Shown in pieces: positions 1 to 14,699 of a stretch of DNA of 64,000 nt. Source of the stretch: Eledone cirrhosa (Eukaryota); NCBI GenBank assembly GCA_964016885.1, contig OZ024748.1:54436001-54500000 (forward strand), written 5' to 3'. Every line of letters begins with the position of its first letter. Within the stretch, counting starts at the first letter, position 1. The notes beneath the pieces are model-generated. The model ran no database searches, was not told the origin of the DNA, and saw only the letters and a program-made list of their open reading frames with translations. The translations under genes and the position numbers were made by a program.

Positions 1-325
1 AATGAAAAACACAGTTTGGGATTTTGAAAATAAGCAAGAATAGAAAAGGATTGTGTAATTTAAACTTTCTCATTACTAAGCTGGTGTTTGGAACATAGCT
101 TAACAGAGGTTCTTACATAAAAATATAATGGAAGGTTTTTAGATAAATATAAACACGTTGAAATAGACAGTTTTTGTATCACAGGACCAGGGTATCAAAA
201 TGGTTAACTATGTATGCGTATGTGGTCAGCAGTATATATATGTATATGTATGTACAAATGCATGCTTTCGAATACATGCATGTTATTCATGTATAATGAA
301 ATAACTACATACTTATATGAATATA

Positions 326-359
<34 letters not shown>

Positions 360-1944
360 CTTACAAATAAATGTGTGGTTCCTATTATCCATTCCTCCAT
401 AAATGTTGGTGTTATATCAAACATTAGTTAACGCAGCCATGTAGAATATTAGATATATGTGTGTGTGGTGGGGGGGGGGGGGGTACATCTCTATTTGTAA
501 ATGGGCATAACTTATGTACTATGTGTTTGTGGATGTGTGTCTATGAAGGATATGTGTGTTGTGTTGTGTGTGTGTGGCCATCTCTGTCTATGTACACAAC
601 ATGTGTACTATATGTTTGTTTATGTGTGTGTGTGTGTATATATATATATATGAGAAATTGTGAATGCTTTGTCCATGTTATTAAATCATGTCCATTGTTA
701 TAATTACTTCTATTGCATAGTTACTGTTTCACCATCTTCCCTTGCTGCTGCTGCTAACTCCCAGACTTTCTCTCCTTCACTCTCTATCTCACTCTCACTC
801 ACCTCCCCCCCTTTCTTTCTCTATCTCTCTCTTTAAAATGTTTCACTTATAAAACATAGTAAAGTGTCATCTTTATTCCACCACCACCCCCTCCCTGATT
901 GACTCCCTCCCCCTCTCTATTTCGTTTGTCCTTCCTTCCTTTTTAGATATAGGGACCCACCCTTGCACAATTATGACATTTTCTGCTCATGATTTATGAA
1001 AACATTCATTTAAAGGTACTTTAATTTGTCTCCATAATCATCATTATTAGGAATATCATCTTTATATTCATCATCCTTATAACTAACACCATCATCATCA
1101 TCACCATCATTAATATCATCACCATCACTATTGTTATGATTATCATTACAACTATGCTCTAACATCTGCTTTCTCTCCTCCAAGCCAGATCAGACTGAAG
1201 AGGTAGAGGTCAGGGGAAGTTAGTGAGGCTTCCTTTTGTTTTAGCTCCAGACAGTAGCCAGTAGTCATGGGCTGTATAGTTGGAGGTGGCATCAGGGTGA
1301 TGGAAGTATTGAGGCCAACAAAGTGTGTGTGTGTACATTGGTGTCACCATTTCTGTTTTTAATGTCCACTCCCACTATATTATCTTTAAAAAAATTTAAA
1401 TCAACTGCAGCTGTAGGAGTTATCTACCTTACTTGCTTCCATGGCTGGGTACCCCAAAGAAGTTTTCAGTCATGAAATTACCAAAATAGTCTTGGTTGGT
1501 TGGAGCTGTTCCCCTGCTTGCCATATTCAGAGAGCAAGATTCTATATGTATATATATACTTTATATAGAGCTTTCTACGGCTGGACACGCTTCCTAACAC
1601 CAACCACATTTACACACACATACAAATATATATCTATATCTTGCCAAAGTCTATATTTTTCTTGGTGCAGTACTTGCTTGTGTGTGTCTATTTAATTTAA
1701 TTTAAAAGAAAAATCCTAAAGATAATACTTGAAATCATTTTATTAATTTCTACGTTCATTTCAATTTTAACGAAATACAATTGTAAAATACAAATAATTA
1801 GTTGCAGATTAATTAATTAATCAATCAAATCAAACAATTGCTATCACATATTGCAAAATGTCTTCAGGAAATCAATATTAGATTTGGGGAACGCATATAT
1901 AGATAAATAAATATATATATATATATATGTATTTAGTTATTTAT

Positions 1945-2130
1945 TATGGTTTCTGAGTTAAGTACAAGGCCAACGATTCTTTTGGACCCCAGCACATTAC
2001 TAATACTTTATATTATCAACCCCGTAAGGATAAAAGGCAAAGCTAACCTCCGTGGGGTTTGAACACAGAACATAAAGGGACATAACTGTGCTATGAAGCC
2101 TAGTGTCCAATGCTCTACCAATCCACCACC
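1945..2130 (-). mobile_element. tRNA-derived SINE family A, diverged copy
   Basis: Matches the recurrent consensus ...cccgtaaggatgaaaggcaaag...gatttgaactcagaacgtaaag...ctctacc. Confidence 0.8.
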
Positions 2131-2404
2131 CATTTCTATATATATATAAAAATGAATAAAAGGAATCTGTAACCTATTGATTGCATGTCTCCAAATGCCA
2201 GGATTTTAGTGCCATCTTGGAAGTTTAGCAGCCAGTCAAGCATGAACTGAGATTGGTTCTTGTAATAATTCCAGCTAGGTAGGCACTGACTGAAACAGTG
2301 TGCTGCTAAGTAGACAGGTAAATTAGTCCAGGTGTGTCATTTGACAGACATGTCTCCTGCTGTCTAATAGGTGTGGTATGTGTGTCTATGTATGTATCTA
2401 TTTT

Positions 2405-2453
<49 letters not shown>

Positions 2454-2506
2454 ATCTATTAATATGCATGGATGTGTATGTATGTATGTGTGCGTATATA
2501 TACATA

Positions 2507-2546
<40 letters not shown>

Positions 2547-3186
2547 GGAGAAATATATATCAGAGGAAAAAAATATTATACATACATAGATTAGAAGTAA
2601 GGACAGTCATATCTGAAATGTGTATATTGTAGTTGTCTCGTGTGTGTGTTTTTACCTGAATAACTGAGCTTTACCATGCTGACTTTGACCTCGGAACAGT
2701 CATACCTGAAGAAAATATTTTCAACATTCCTGCCGCAGCGTAAAACATTACCAACCGTTAATATAATTTCATATGCAAGTGTGTAAATGTATGTATGTGT
2801 TTTTGAAGGTTTCCAATCATCTGCCTTATAATTAATTGAAACACCTGAGCAATGTCATAATGAAATGGTTAGCTTTTTTCATACCAAACTGCCTGAAATT
2901 GCCTCTTGTTTTATAAAACTATCTGTTTATTTTAAAGTGTTGATATTTTTCTAAAAAACTTCACATTATAATTTTTTATGATTTTAAGAACCTTTGCTGA
3001 ATTATATTACTAAATCTGTCCAAAATTCTGGATTATTTTTAAAGAGATTTGAAAATCATAAGCAGTATCTTTCATTAGAAACATTGTAACGAGTTAGTTT
3101 ATATTTCATATCTGTAAAAACATTACTTTCTGTAAATGTAATTTATTTGGCTTCTGTAGTGTATATCATACCATTTTGTTTCTGAA

Positions 3187-3503
3187 TTAATCCATTTATT
3201 CCCATATTTCTAATGAAAAACACTGTCAGTGATTTTCAAAATAACTTTTTAAATAATCAAGAATTTGGAGGACTTTAGCAACATGACTAATGTTTGCTTC
3301 ATTAAGAAAATTTGGAATATAAGTTAACAATGGGTATTATACCAAATTATGTCTAATTTTTGCTTTATTAAAATAATTTGGAACATAACTTAATGGATCT
3401 TACAGAACATTGTGATATATTGTATTTAGATAAATATATAATCACTTTAAAATAACAATTTTATAACATTGGTCCAGGCGCGGTTTGGTATCAATAGTGT
3501 TAA
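3187..3503. mobile_element. MITE of the TTAACCCTTT family, diverged
   Basis: ttaatccattt...ccatatttctaatgaaaaacactg...ggtttggtatcaatagtgttaa. Confidence 0.65.
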
Positions 3504-3834
3504 AATCTAGAAATACTATAGACTTTCCCTATTACCGTTTGGTCCGGGCTTCTTTCCATATTTGCTTTTTGCTTTTAGTTATTGTATATTTATTTTAATA
3601 TTTACTCCTGACTTCATTTTAGTGTTTTCTGTAATCTTTTATAACAGGGTTAACACTTCTGAAATAAGCCCACCCCAAGAGACATTAACCCCAGCCCCTC
3701 ACCACCACAACCAGCTGCTAACATCCCCAATACATTCCATCTTTTTTTCTCTCTCTCTCTCCTGTGATCTTCAAAGCTATTTCTCTCTCTCATTTTGCCT
3801 GTATACTTACTTCTCTCCTATTGTCTCTCACCAT

Positions 3835-3885
<51 letters not shown>

Positions 3886-4227
3886 ATATTTCATCCCCTC
3901 TCTCTCTCTCATTTCTTTCCTCTTTCTCAAATATTGCTCCCTCTTTATATATATATAATTGTATTTATGTAAATTACTACTATATCTCATCTCCCTCCCC
4001 CCTCTTGCTATTCCTCACCCCAGTGCCATTACCATTTCAGTCTGCCATATCAACAACCTAAGTTCAATTCCCAGTTGGGTTGTTCTCTAAGTCTAGCTGG
4101 CTTATCTCTTCTCATGTGGAAAATTAATATATCAAAATTTCCTTGAAGGAATCACACCATGTCTTGCAATAAGCCAGCCTCTGTTTAGAGAGCTTTCATC
4201 CACCCTACAGCCCTACATTTTTTTAAT

Positions 4228-4306
<79 letters not shown>

Positions 4307-4588
4307 GTGTATGTATGTGTGTGTGTGTGTGTATATATATATAAATACTTATATATATATACTTGTGTATGTATGTGTGTGTGGAAGAGAGGGGGTTAAT
4401 AAGATGGCGATGGTGTGGGGGCAGGGAGGTGAGGGACCCTCAACAAGAATTGTGGGGAGGGGTATTAGCAAGTTAAGAAATATTTGCCCTATGTCATGCA
4501 AGTCTGAATCAGGTGGAACCCTGTGTGATCTGTTTAATACATATACACATATGCTTCTTTATATATATATATATGTGTGTGTGTGTAG

Positions 4589-4624
<36 letters not shown>

Positions 4625-5056
4625 GAAGGAATGGGGAGTGAGAAGGAGAAACCTTATCATGTTTAGGAATTTTTCATGATAATTGCCAGAAAATAAAAGA
4701 CAGAAATGGTAGGAAAAGGAGATGAAGAAAATATATAAAAATATATTGAAAACAACTAAAACCTCAACAACAACAACAACACTATCAAACAGCCAGTGAT
4801 GTATTCTCCTAAGATATACAATCTTTTTTTTTTTTTTCCAAGTGCCTTTGTATTAGGTAGCAGACAACAGAGTGCCACTTGGTACATTGTGTGTGTTGTG
4901 TTGGTGTGTTGGTGTGCGTTGTGTTGTTGTGTCATGGTTCACTCACAGACACACTGCCATCTGGGAATAATATAGCTGTCTTGTATCAAGTTCTAGCATC
5001 TGCAATACCAAAATGCAACTTTATGTACAATATGTGTGTATGTGTATGTGCATATC

Positions 5057-5116
<60 letters not shown>

Positions 5117-5220
5117 TGTGTGTGTGCCTATACTCTTCTAATGTATTGGGTACCTTTTTTTTTTTACTGCGATTACCCCCCCACCCCCCCACACACACCG
5201 ACAGAACTCGGGAACCTATG

Positions 5221-5290
<70 letters not shown>

Positions 5291-5757
5291 ACGTATTATA
5301 TATATATATATAATACGTAGATTCTTGAGTTATATAAACATATGTAACCAACCCTCGTATATGTAGAAACAATGTGTGTTGCAGTATTACATATAAAACA
5401 TGTATTGTATTGATATATGCTTTCAAACATATGTTTCCAATATGGAATGTTCTATATAATTTCTATATCTGTGTGTGTAGGTGTGTTCTACTATCTAAAG
5501 CTCATCAAGTGTACTGTATGTAATTAATGTGATAATAGAAGATTGAGAAACACACAGACACTAACACTTGAGTATTATTGATATAGAATATATGTGATAA
5601 AGTCTTAGATATAAATGTGATTATGTGTAGGATTCTATCAAGATATGTATGTTGTGTACTTGTAATTTATTCCTAGATGTGTATGCTTGAAAGAAAGGTA
5701 GCTGTGTCTCTTGGCATTGTAGGTAGATAAATAGATAGATAGATAGATAAGATAGAT

Positions 5758-5791
<34 letters not shown>

Positions 5792-7902
5792 TGTATATAT
5801 ATAGGTTGATAGGTAGATAGATGTGCATTATGCACACAATTATGGTTTATATGCAAAGCCACTCAATGTAGGTGCTGCGATTTTGTCAATTTATGAAGCA
5901 GATCTTCACTGAAGTAAGTTTGCTTACTTGGAATGAAGTATTTTTGAAACAGCCACCTGCTGTGATATTTCACTAGTTAATGCAGTCACTGTCTTCTTAA
6001 CACGACGCTGTACGCTTCATTTGCTAGGTGCTTTCTAAGAAGGAAATGTGATTTAGAAATTTGGAGTGTATAATGTACAAAAAAAAAGAAAGAAGTGGGA
6101 AAAAAAAAACTAATATTTTCTGAATTTCTTTGATGTTTCTTAGAAAAAAAACCTCTAAACTGATATTACATATTTATATGTTCCATTCTTTCTCTCCTGC
6201 TACAAAGTACTTCTGTTACACCTGGTATTTACCAGTTGTCTGGCTCTCAACAAACACAGTTAAATGATTTTTTTTTTAGTTGTAACTATCTGTTACAAGC
6301 TCCTCTGTTACAACCATTTAAATTATGTATTTTTGGTATCAGAATTACACTACTTCATTCTAGTACCAGATTCTGTCACAAATTGCTTGTTATATTGTCT
6401 TTGTTCATTTCTGACATATTTCCTTTAACCCTTTTGATGTTGAACCATCTAAAACTAACCCTTGGTTCTGAAATACAAAACCATTTTAAAGTGTTCATAT
6501 TTATCATATTTATCTAAAATAAAACCTTTCATTATAATTTTTTTAAACTATGCTCCAAAACTCAAATAAACAGGGAAAATTAGCATACTAAATCTCTCTA
6601 AATTGTTGATTATTTTCAAAATTATTCTAAACAGCAGGATTTGAACTCAGAATGCAGAGACCTGTAAAAAATATCCAATACTCTAACAACACTCCCAAAT
6701 CAACAACTATATATACTGTGACAACAGACTATAAAATAAACTGTGTGGTTCTGTGTTACGCAAGTAACATGGTATTCTGCCACACACTCTTTAGTTTCTT
6801 TTCTCTTCCACCGAACACTTCCAGCTCCAACCAGTTCCTTCGTTATCTTTTAATATTCTTTGGATTGGAAACACTTGGGTCTCTCTCTCTCTCTCTCTCT
6901 CTCTCGTTAAGGTTCCTCAATCCCTTAGGTTGTATTACAAACCCATCCCCAATCTTTCTTGATTATATCAATGACTATTGTTGTGTAAGTTCCGAAATTA
7001 CTGTTTTCTTTCTATACAAAGTCACATTTTGTTTTCAAACTGCTCCAACACACACACACACACACAGTCAAAGGCTCCCTTTTTTTACTCCCTTTTAATA
7101 AAATATTTAAAGAAAACAATAATAAATGGGCGTGGGTACCCAATGTACTAATTGTAGGTTCTTATTTCAACATATACTGTTTTTTTTTCTTCTTTTGTTT
7201 CCTTGATTTTTAGGGCTTTTTTTTTACCTTTTCTTTAGTGGAAGATATTTTTTTTCATTATTGTAAACAACAGCCTAGGGTATGTTTGAAACAAAGACTT
7301 AATAGTGGAAGTATTACAACAATGATGATGATGGTGATAATGATCATGGTGGTGGTAGTGGGTTGATGATTACGATGGTGGAGGTGGTGGTGGTGGGATG
7401 GAGTAGTTTTTTTAAAACAAAGGTAAGAAAAATTAAACTAAAACAAAAGCCGAAAAAAGTAACTACAACAAAACCAATGATGATAATAACACTAATAATA
7501 ATATTATTATTATTAATAATAAATTGTAGTGCATTTAATGAGGTGGTGGTGGTGGTGGTGGTGGTGGTGAGTGTCAATGTTGTGATTATGATGGAGATGA
7601 TGATTATGGCTGTTCAGAAAAGGGTCAAGAAGGACATCTCTCTCTCTCTCAGTTTATCTCTTTGTTCATTAATATTTTTTTACCACTATCTAGAAGACAG
7701 AAATAAGGAATACACTGTAAACATACACATTGATGCTATCTCTCACACCCACACATCCATACATACATACATTGACACCTTCATGCAATTACACACAGCA
7801 ACAATAATCTGTTTATGCTTCGACACACTCTTAAACACAAACACACACATACACACATTACAATATAAAGTATAAATTAATACTGTTCTCCTGCACTAGC
7901 AC

Positions 7903-7956
<54 letters not shown>

Positions 7957-8284
7957 TCACTCTATCTCTATCTCTCACACACACACACTTCTCTGGTCTC
8001 TGGTGGTGCTATTGTGGACTTCAATAAACTCTCCAGTTCTGCTCTTCTTCTAATCTCCAACTTGTATGGATGTCTGCTTGTTCCCCCTCCCCTTCCTCCC
8101 ACTCCTATCTCACCAACCACTACTACCACCACCACCACCACAATTACCACTGCCACCTCTACTATTGTATCAATGCTTTTGTCTTCATTAAAGTACTTTT
8201 ATTTTATTTTTTAATTTTAACTGTAATCTGTGTGTGTGTGTGTGGATTTATGTATCTGTGAGTGTGTGTGTGGATTTATGTATC

Positions 8285-8318
<34 letters not shown>

Positions 8319-9610
8319 CATATGAGTGGAGATAGTGTGGTGTGGGTTACTGAGAAGGGAAGGGCAGATTATCATTTTTAATGGGGGAACCTCCTTAAAA
8401 AAAATAAAATAATTGTCTTTGCTTTTTTTTTTTTTTGCAATACAAAACTCAACAAAACAACAATACTACACACACACATGCACACTAACACACACACGTG
8501 CACACTAATACACATGCACACACACACACACACATGCACACGTATAATAACAGTGAAGAGAAAAACAAAGAAACTGCATTTGGTTGAGCAGTCTGGGGCA
8601 ATTTTCTGTGTCACAGAATTAATTTATTATGAAGAAATAGTATTGTTGTTATTGTTGGTGGTAGTAGTAGTAGTGGTAGTAGTAGTAGTGACGGTGGTGG
8701 TAGTAGAAGTAGTGGTGGTGACGGTGGTGGTGGTAATAAGAGAGATGTTCGTTAGGATTGTGGTGGTGGTAGTTGTGGGTGGGCAGGCGTCAGAGATAAT
8801 GAAGCTGATGATGGCAAGATAGAAAAAGCTGTGGATGAGATTTGGTGGTTGGAGCTGGAGATATGATGGTAGTGATATCGTAGGAGGAGGAGGAGGTGGT
8901 GGTGGGCTTCTAGGTGGGTAACGAAGCCCTATATTAATTGCAGTGATGGTAGTTTTGTATAAGTGGCATGATGAAGACGATGACGATGTTAGTAATAGCT
9001 AGAACTATAGTATTAATTATGTTGTTGATGAAGAAGATAATGATGACGATGATGATGATGGAAGCAATTTTAGAGGTGGAAAGATGGTAATGTCAGTGAG
9101 GTTAATAATAATAATGATAATATTGGTGGTGGTGGTTGGGTAGGTGGCAGTAATGTTGATGGGGCTACTGTTTTTTGGTGATGGTGATGATGATGTTGAG
9201 GGTTATGATTGTGACCATGTTATGATAACAAATGGATAGTGATATCTTTGATGGTACCAATGGTGATGATGATGATGAGCATAATTAATTGCTTTTGTTT
9301 TTGTTTGAAAACAGACAAGAGATGTTTATTTCAAACCCCACCTTACTAGAAAAAAGAAAGGAAATTCTTCTTCTTGCTCTTGTTGTTGTTCTTTGTCTGG
9401 TTGGTGTCTTGTGTTGTTCTCTTTAAGGATCCATTTTGACTTCAACAGATACAAGGGTGGGATGGAGATAAGTAGATAGACTGAGACAATGAGAGAGGGA
9501 GACGATTGGAATATATAGAGACAAATGGGAAGAGAGAGAGAAAGCTAGGTGGTTGGTTATGAGAGTAAAAGATCAGGAAAAAAAGAGACATAGAGATAGC
9601 TAAGTGGGTG

Positions 9611-9795
9611 ATAATTGTTTCTACTTTTAGCACAAGGCCAGCAATTATCCCAGAGCATTACTGGTACTTTATTTTATCAACCCCGTAAGGATGAAAGGCA
9701 AAGTTAGCCTTGGCGGGATTTGAACCCAGAACGTAAACGGCCATAACTCTATGCTGTAAAGCATGGTGTCTGACGCTCTACCAATGCTGCCAATT
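9611..9795 (-). mobile_element. tRNA-derived SINE family A
   Basis: Near full length. The minus strand shows an A-box-like GGCAGCATTGGTAGAGCG and a B-box GGGTTCAAATCC. Candidate TSD TGATAAT. Confidence 0.9.
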
Positions 9796-9799
9796 TGAT

Positions 9800-10190
9800 A
9801 ATGAGAGTAAAATAGCAGTGGGTGACTATGAGAGTGAAATAACTGAGTGGTTGGAGAGTGACTGAGAGAGAGAGGTGGGTGACTATGAGAGTGAAATAAC
9901 TGAGTGGTGGGAGAGAGAGGTGGGTGACTATGAGAGTGAAATAACTGAGTGGTGGGAGAGTGACTGAGAGAGAGAGGTGGGTGACTATGAGAGTGAAATA
10001 ACTGAGTGGTGGGAGAGTGACTGAGAGAGAGAGAGCTAGGTGGATGACTATGAGAGTGAAATAACTAAGTGGTGGGAGAGAGAGTGCTAGGTGGGTGACT
10101 ATGAGAGTGAAATAGCTGTGGGTGGTGGGAGACTGACAGAGAGAGTGCTAGGTGGTTGAATATGAAAGTGAAATAGCTGTGGGTGGAGGA
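9800..10190. repeat. Minisatellite (gtgggtgactatgagagtgaaataactgagtggtgggagag... units of about 36-58 bp)
   Basis: About 7 imperfect tandem units. Confidence 0.9.
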
Positions 10191-10917
10191 GAATTAAAAG
10201 GGGGGGAGGGTAGATAGATTTTTAATGTGTGTATAGCAGCATAGTCTGTGTGGGTGTGGACAAGGAAAGAGTAAATGAAACAAATTTTCTGGTAATGCTT
10301 CCAAAGGTGAGGATCTCACAATGGTAGTGGTAGGGGGGAGTTTTGGAGGAGAGAGAGAGAGAGAAAGGAAGAGTGGGATGAAGGGTGACTGGCTGGGTGG
10401 GCGGGTGTTGTTTTAGTTGTGATTTTTTTAAAAAAATAAATGGCATAGTTGATTGGAATGATGATGATCATGGCGGCAGTGGTGGGGGTAGTTGTGTTGA
10501 TAAGAGAGGTGACTGTGGTAATGATGGATGCAGTCAATCATTGGTGTGTTTATTGACAACTTAGTCCCCACCCACTCCCCATCACCTCTCACACTTCCAT
10601 CAACTCTGTCTGTCTGTCTGTTGTAGTCCTTCACATTCTCCTAGCACCCCTCGGGTTTTTTGTCCTTTTTTTTTTTTTCTTTTTTTTTTGCCGTTATGAT
10701 TTTTGTACAGATATCCAGAATATCCTTTTTTTCCTCAGATGGTCAGTGTCATCACCATCAGCAGCAGCTCTATTGATTGTCTCCTTTATTTTTCACTTCG
10801 TCCTTTCTCTCACTCACCCTTTGCCTCTCACCCTCCCTCACTGTCTCCCCCCCACCTCCATATTTCTGTCTTTTGTCTATTTCACACTGATATTCTATGG
10901 ATTTCATTGATGTGTGG

Positions 10918-10985
<68 letters not shown>

Positions 10986-11214
10986 GAGAGAGAGAGTGAC
11001 ACGTATATATATATATGTGTGTTTGTGTGTCTAGTATGGAATGACTTAACTAATCTGCTCTATAGTATAATATGTAATAATATATATATCATCATCATCG
11101 TTTAACATCTATCTTCCACACTAGCATGGGTTAGACGGGAATTGTCCCACTTGAGGCAAGATTGATCGGATGACCATGTCTCACTCGTATAGGACTATAT
11201 ATATATATATATAT

Positions 11215-11391
11215 ATAATTGTTTCTACTTTTGGCACAAGGCCAGCAATCACCCAGTACATTACTGGTACTTTATTTTATCGACCCCGTAAGGATGAAAA
11301 GCAAGGTTAACCTCGGCGGGATTTGAACTCAGATCGTAAAGGGACATAACTACGCTGGAAAGCATGTCTGACCCTCTACCGATACTGCCAA
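11215..11391 (-). mobile_element. tRNA-derived SINE family A
   Basis: Highly similar to the copies at 9611, 11707 and 61718. Confidence 0.9.
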
Positions 11392-11706
11392 CAGCCAACA
11401 TTGTTTCTTCTGTTCATTTGTGGAAAACAAGTTCAATTTTTTGTCACATTTTGTCTTATTTCAACCTCACTCTAAAACTCTCTTCGACACCCCCCCCCCC
11501 CTCTCTCTCTCTCTACATGTCAGTGTGTTAGAAATATGTCCAGTCTCTGGGAAGCCAATTCTGATGAGACAGTAACTGAAAGATTAGACAGAAATAAAAA
11601 TGGTGGAATGACTATCAGACACTATCCAGAAAGACTAAAAGACTAAAGGAACAAGAATAAAGATGACAATCTCTCTCTCTCTCTGGTGGATTTTATATTG
11701 GAATAA

Positions 11707-11894
11707 ATAATTGTTTCTACTTTTGGCACAAGGCCAGCAATTACCCAGTGCATTACTGGTACTTTATTTTATCGACCCCGTAAGGATTAAAGGCAAACTT
11801 AACCTCAGCGGGATTTGAACTCAGAATGGCAAGGGCCATAACCCTATGTGTCAAAGCATGGCGTCCGACTCTCTACCGATACTGACAATCCACC
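11707..11894 (-). mobile_element. tRNA-derived SINE family A
   Basis: Highly similar to the other copies. B-box GAGTTCAAATCC on the minus strand. Confidence 0.9.
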
Positions 11895-12265
11895 GAATGC
11901 CATTATGTATCTGGATAGTCTCCAAAACACCATAGAGGTGGTCTTTATACAAGATGTAAGTTGTAGATGTCCAGTGTAATGATGTGTTAGAGACAACTGA
12001 GAAGGATATTGTGGTCCCTAGGCTACTGCTAATACTGCCAGCCCTAGCTTCTAAACAATGTCCTAGCACACTGTCTCAATAATAATAATATTGGATTTTT
12101 TTTTTGTTTCCCCACTCAACCACTTTTTCCTCATACTTCACTTTTTTATTTAGATTTTGGGGGGTTTTAATTTCTTAAGTTTTAATTAAAAATACTAAAA
12201 AGGGTGCTATTTGTATGTGTGTATGTCTATGTATTTCTATGTGTGTGCATTTGATTTTTTTTTTT

Positions 12266-12312
<47 letters not shown>

Positions 12313-13979
12313 CTATTTGCTAGGCTTTCTTCTCCCCCTCTCTCTCATCAATACACCTCCCCTTCTCCCTCACATTACACTCTATACCTTGCCTCTACCT
12401 TGCTCTCAACCAGCCCACCACCCATCCAGACCCATCTTTCTATATTATTTTTAAGTAGAAAAGTAAATTTGTGTGTGTGTGTACACATGGTGTGGGGGGA
12501 TGGATGTGTGGAGGGGGGTCAAATAATTAAGTATAGGATTGGAAGACAGTGGGGCATTGGGACAGGAGGGATGTTGGCTGGCTTCACTGATTATGTTGAG
12601 CAAGATGATGATGATGACATGCTTCTCTAGAGGTGGTGGTGGTGTTGATGGGGAGGGTTGTAATTTGGCTGTTGTTGCCATCCAGTGGCTGTGGCATCAT
12701 TATCACCCCCCACCACCACCACCACTACTATCACCATCATCAATCTCATTACTATTGACATTACTTCTGTTGCCAACCACCCCTATCACCTCCACATATT
12801 GAAACCCTTCACTTATCCCTTTCCTCTTGCCCTTGGAGCCCCTCCCCCCACGTCCCTGAACCCCTTCCCAGCCCACATTGTTCTCCAGAAAGGCAGTAAG
12901 AGTCTCAGTTAGGAAGGAACAGGGGAGTAGTTGGGGGTGGCAAAGACAGAGATAGGAGATTTCTTTCTTAAAAACATAAAATGTGGCTGTTGTTGAGTGA
13001 ATTTGAATTAATTACCCATAATGCTTTGTTTTGTTTTTATTTATTGTTTATTTACTTCTTTGTTTTATTTGGTTTTTTTTTTTTCTTCTCCATTGTTCTT
13101 ATTTTAATTCCACTCTATTTCCCAGAGTTGAAGAAGTGAAGGCATTGGTTGGTCATAGTGTTCCTTAGACCCATTGCTTACTGAAGCCAGTGAGAGAGAG
13201 AGTGTGTGTGTATGTGTGTGTTTGTGAGTGTGTGTGAAAGAGAGCGAGTATGTGTGTGTGTGAGAGAAAGAGAGAGCGAGCAAGGGAGGGAGTTTTCAAA
13301 GTCCTTGTGTCCTTAAAACCTCGGGAAGAGTAGGGACAGCATATTTTAATTTAAATCCCAAATCTTTGGACAGCAAGCATGCACAATAATAAACTTAAAT
13401 CTTTTCTTTTGTTACTGTTGTTACTGTTGTATTTAATCAAACTAACAAACAACAGAGTTGATAAATATTAGGATGGGATAGTCTGAAACCAGTATATAAT
13501 CTTTGATCAACTACTTAAGGGGCAGACTTGCAGTACTCAACAACAGCTATACTTAATTGTCAGTCCCCTTTCTGTTTTAAGCAATTATTCTGTAAATTTC
13601 ATGTGATAATATATTACCAAATTTGTACAAGTCCATTGTGTGTGTGTCTATGTGTGTGTTAGAGTTTCCGAGAGCTTTCAACACCATTTAAAGCAAGTGG
13701 TGATGTTTGTTTGTGTCCTGCACTAACAAAATGTTCCGCAGTTAACTGGCTTGACAAAGATATGCAGTGTCTACCATACTTAAAAACGTATGGGTTGGTG
13801 TCAGGAAGGTCATCTGGACATGGGGGTAAAAAGCTGCCTCATTTATCCAACCCTGCCCATGTGGTAGAAGAAAATGGAATAAATAGCAGCAATATATTAG
13901 GGTCTAAATACAGATATTCTCTATTAATAGACAAAAATAAAAATTAATTCCCGTGTGTCAAATCAAAATAAATCCTCAA

Positions 13980-14010
<31 letters not shown>

Positions 14011-14661
14011 TCTACTAGTCTCATTATATTTAAACCATACATAAGTTTTCGTGTTAATTATTTCCCTTTCCTCATTAGAATGTACATGGTTTTTGACATG
14101 GCCTCCTGTTGTATATCTTAACTCTATTGTAGTTCTATATATTTCAGATTTTTATGTGTATATATATACACACATATATATATATACATGCACACACACA
14201 TTTATAGTGTTTTCATATGAGTAGAGGAAAGGAAGAGTAATGTAAGTCATTACACATTTATATATATATGATATATATATATATATTTGATATGTAGTTG
14301 TCTCCATGTAAATAACTATATATAATAGTTGAGGGAGTCAAGCAAAGTACCCCCGGAGACAGGTAGAAGTAGAGAGAGGTGTCTCTGACCTCTCTTTCTT
14401 GTCACCAGGGATAGATACTAATTTGAAATTTCCATATTTTCCCAAAGTTTCGTAAACTAACCGGATGTTCACGTGTATATGTGTGATTGTGTGTGTGTGT
14501 GTGTGTATGTATGTCTGTGTGTGTATGTCAGTAGTTAATTATTTATTTACATTTTAAGTGGAGTTTATGATAACTGGAGTCAGCCACACCCATAGCCACT
14601 TGGGGTCCCACCAAACTTCTCCTACCCTCATGATATTCCTTATCCTTTACCATTCATTAAC

Positions 14662-14699
<38 letters not shown>

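Noticed and set aside
204-5320. Many YIYI/CVCV/THTH ORFs here and throughout the window
   Set aside because: They are translations of (TA)n, (TG)n and (CA)n microsatellites.
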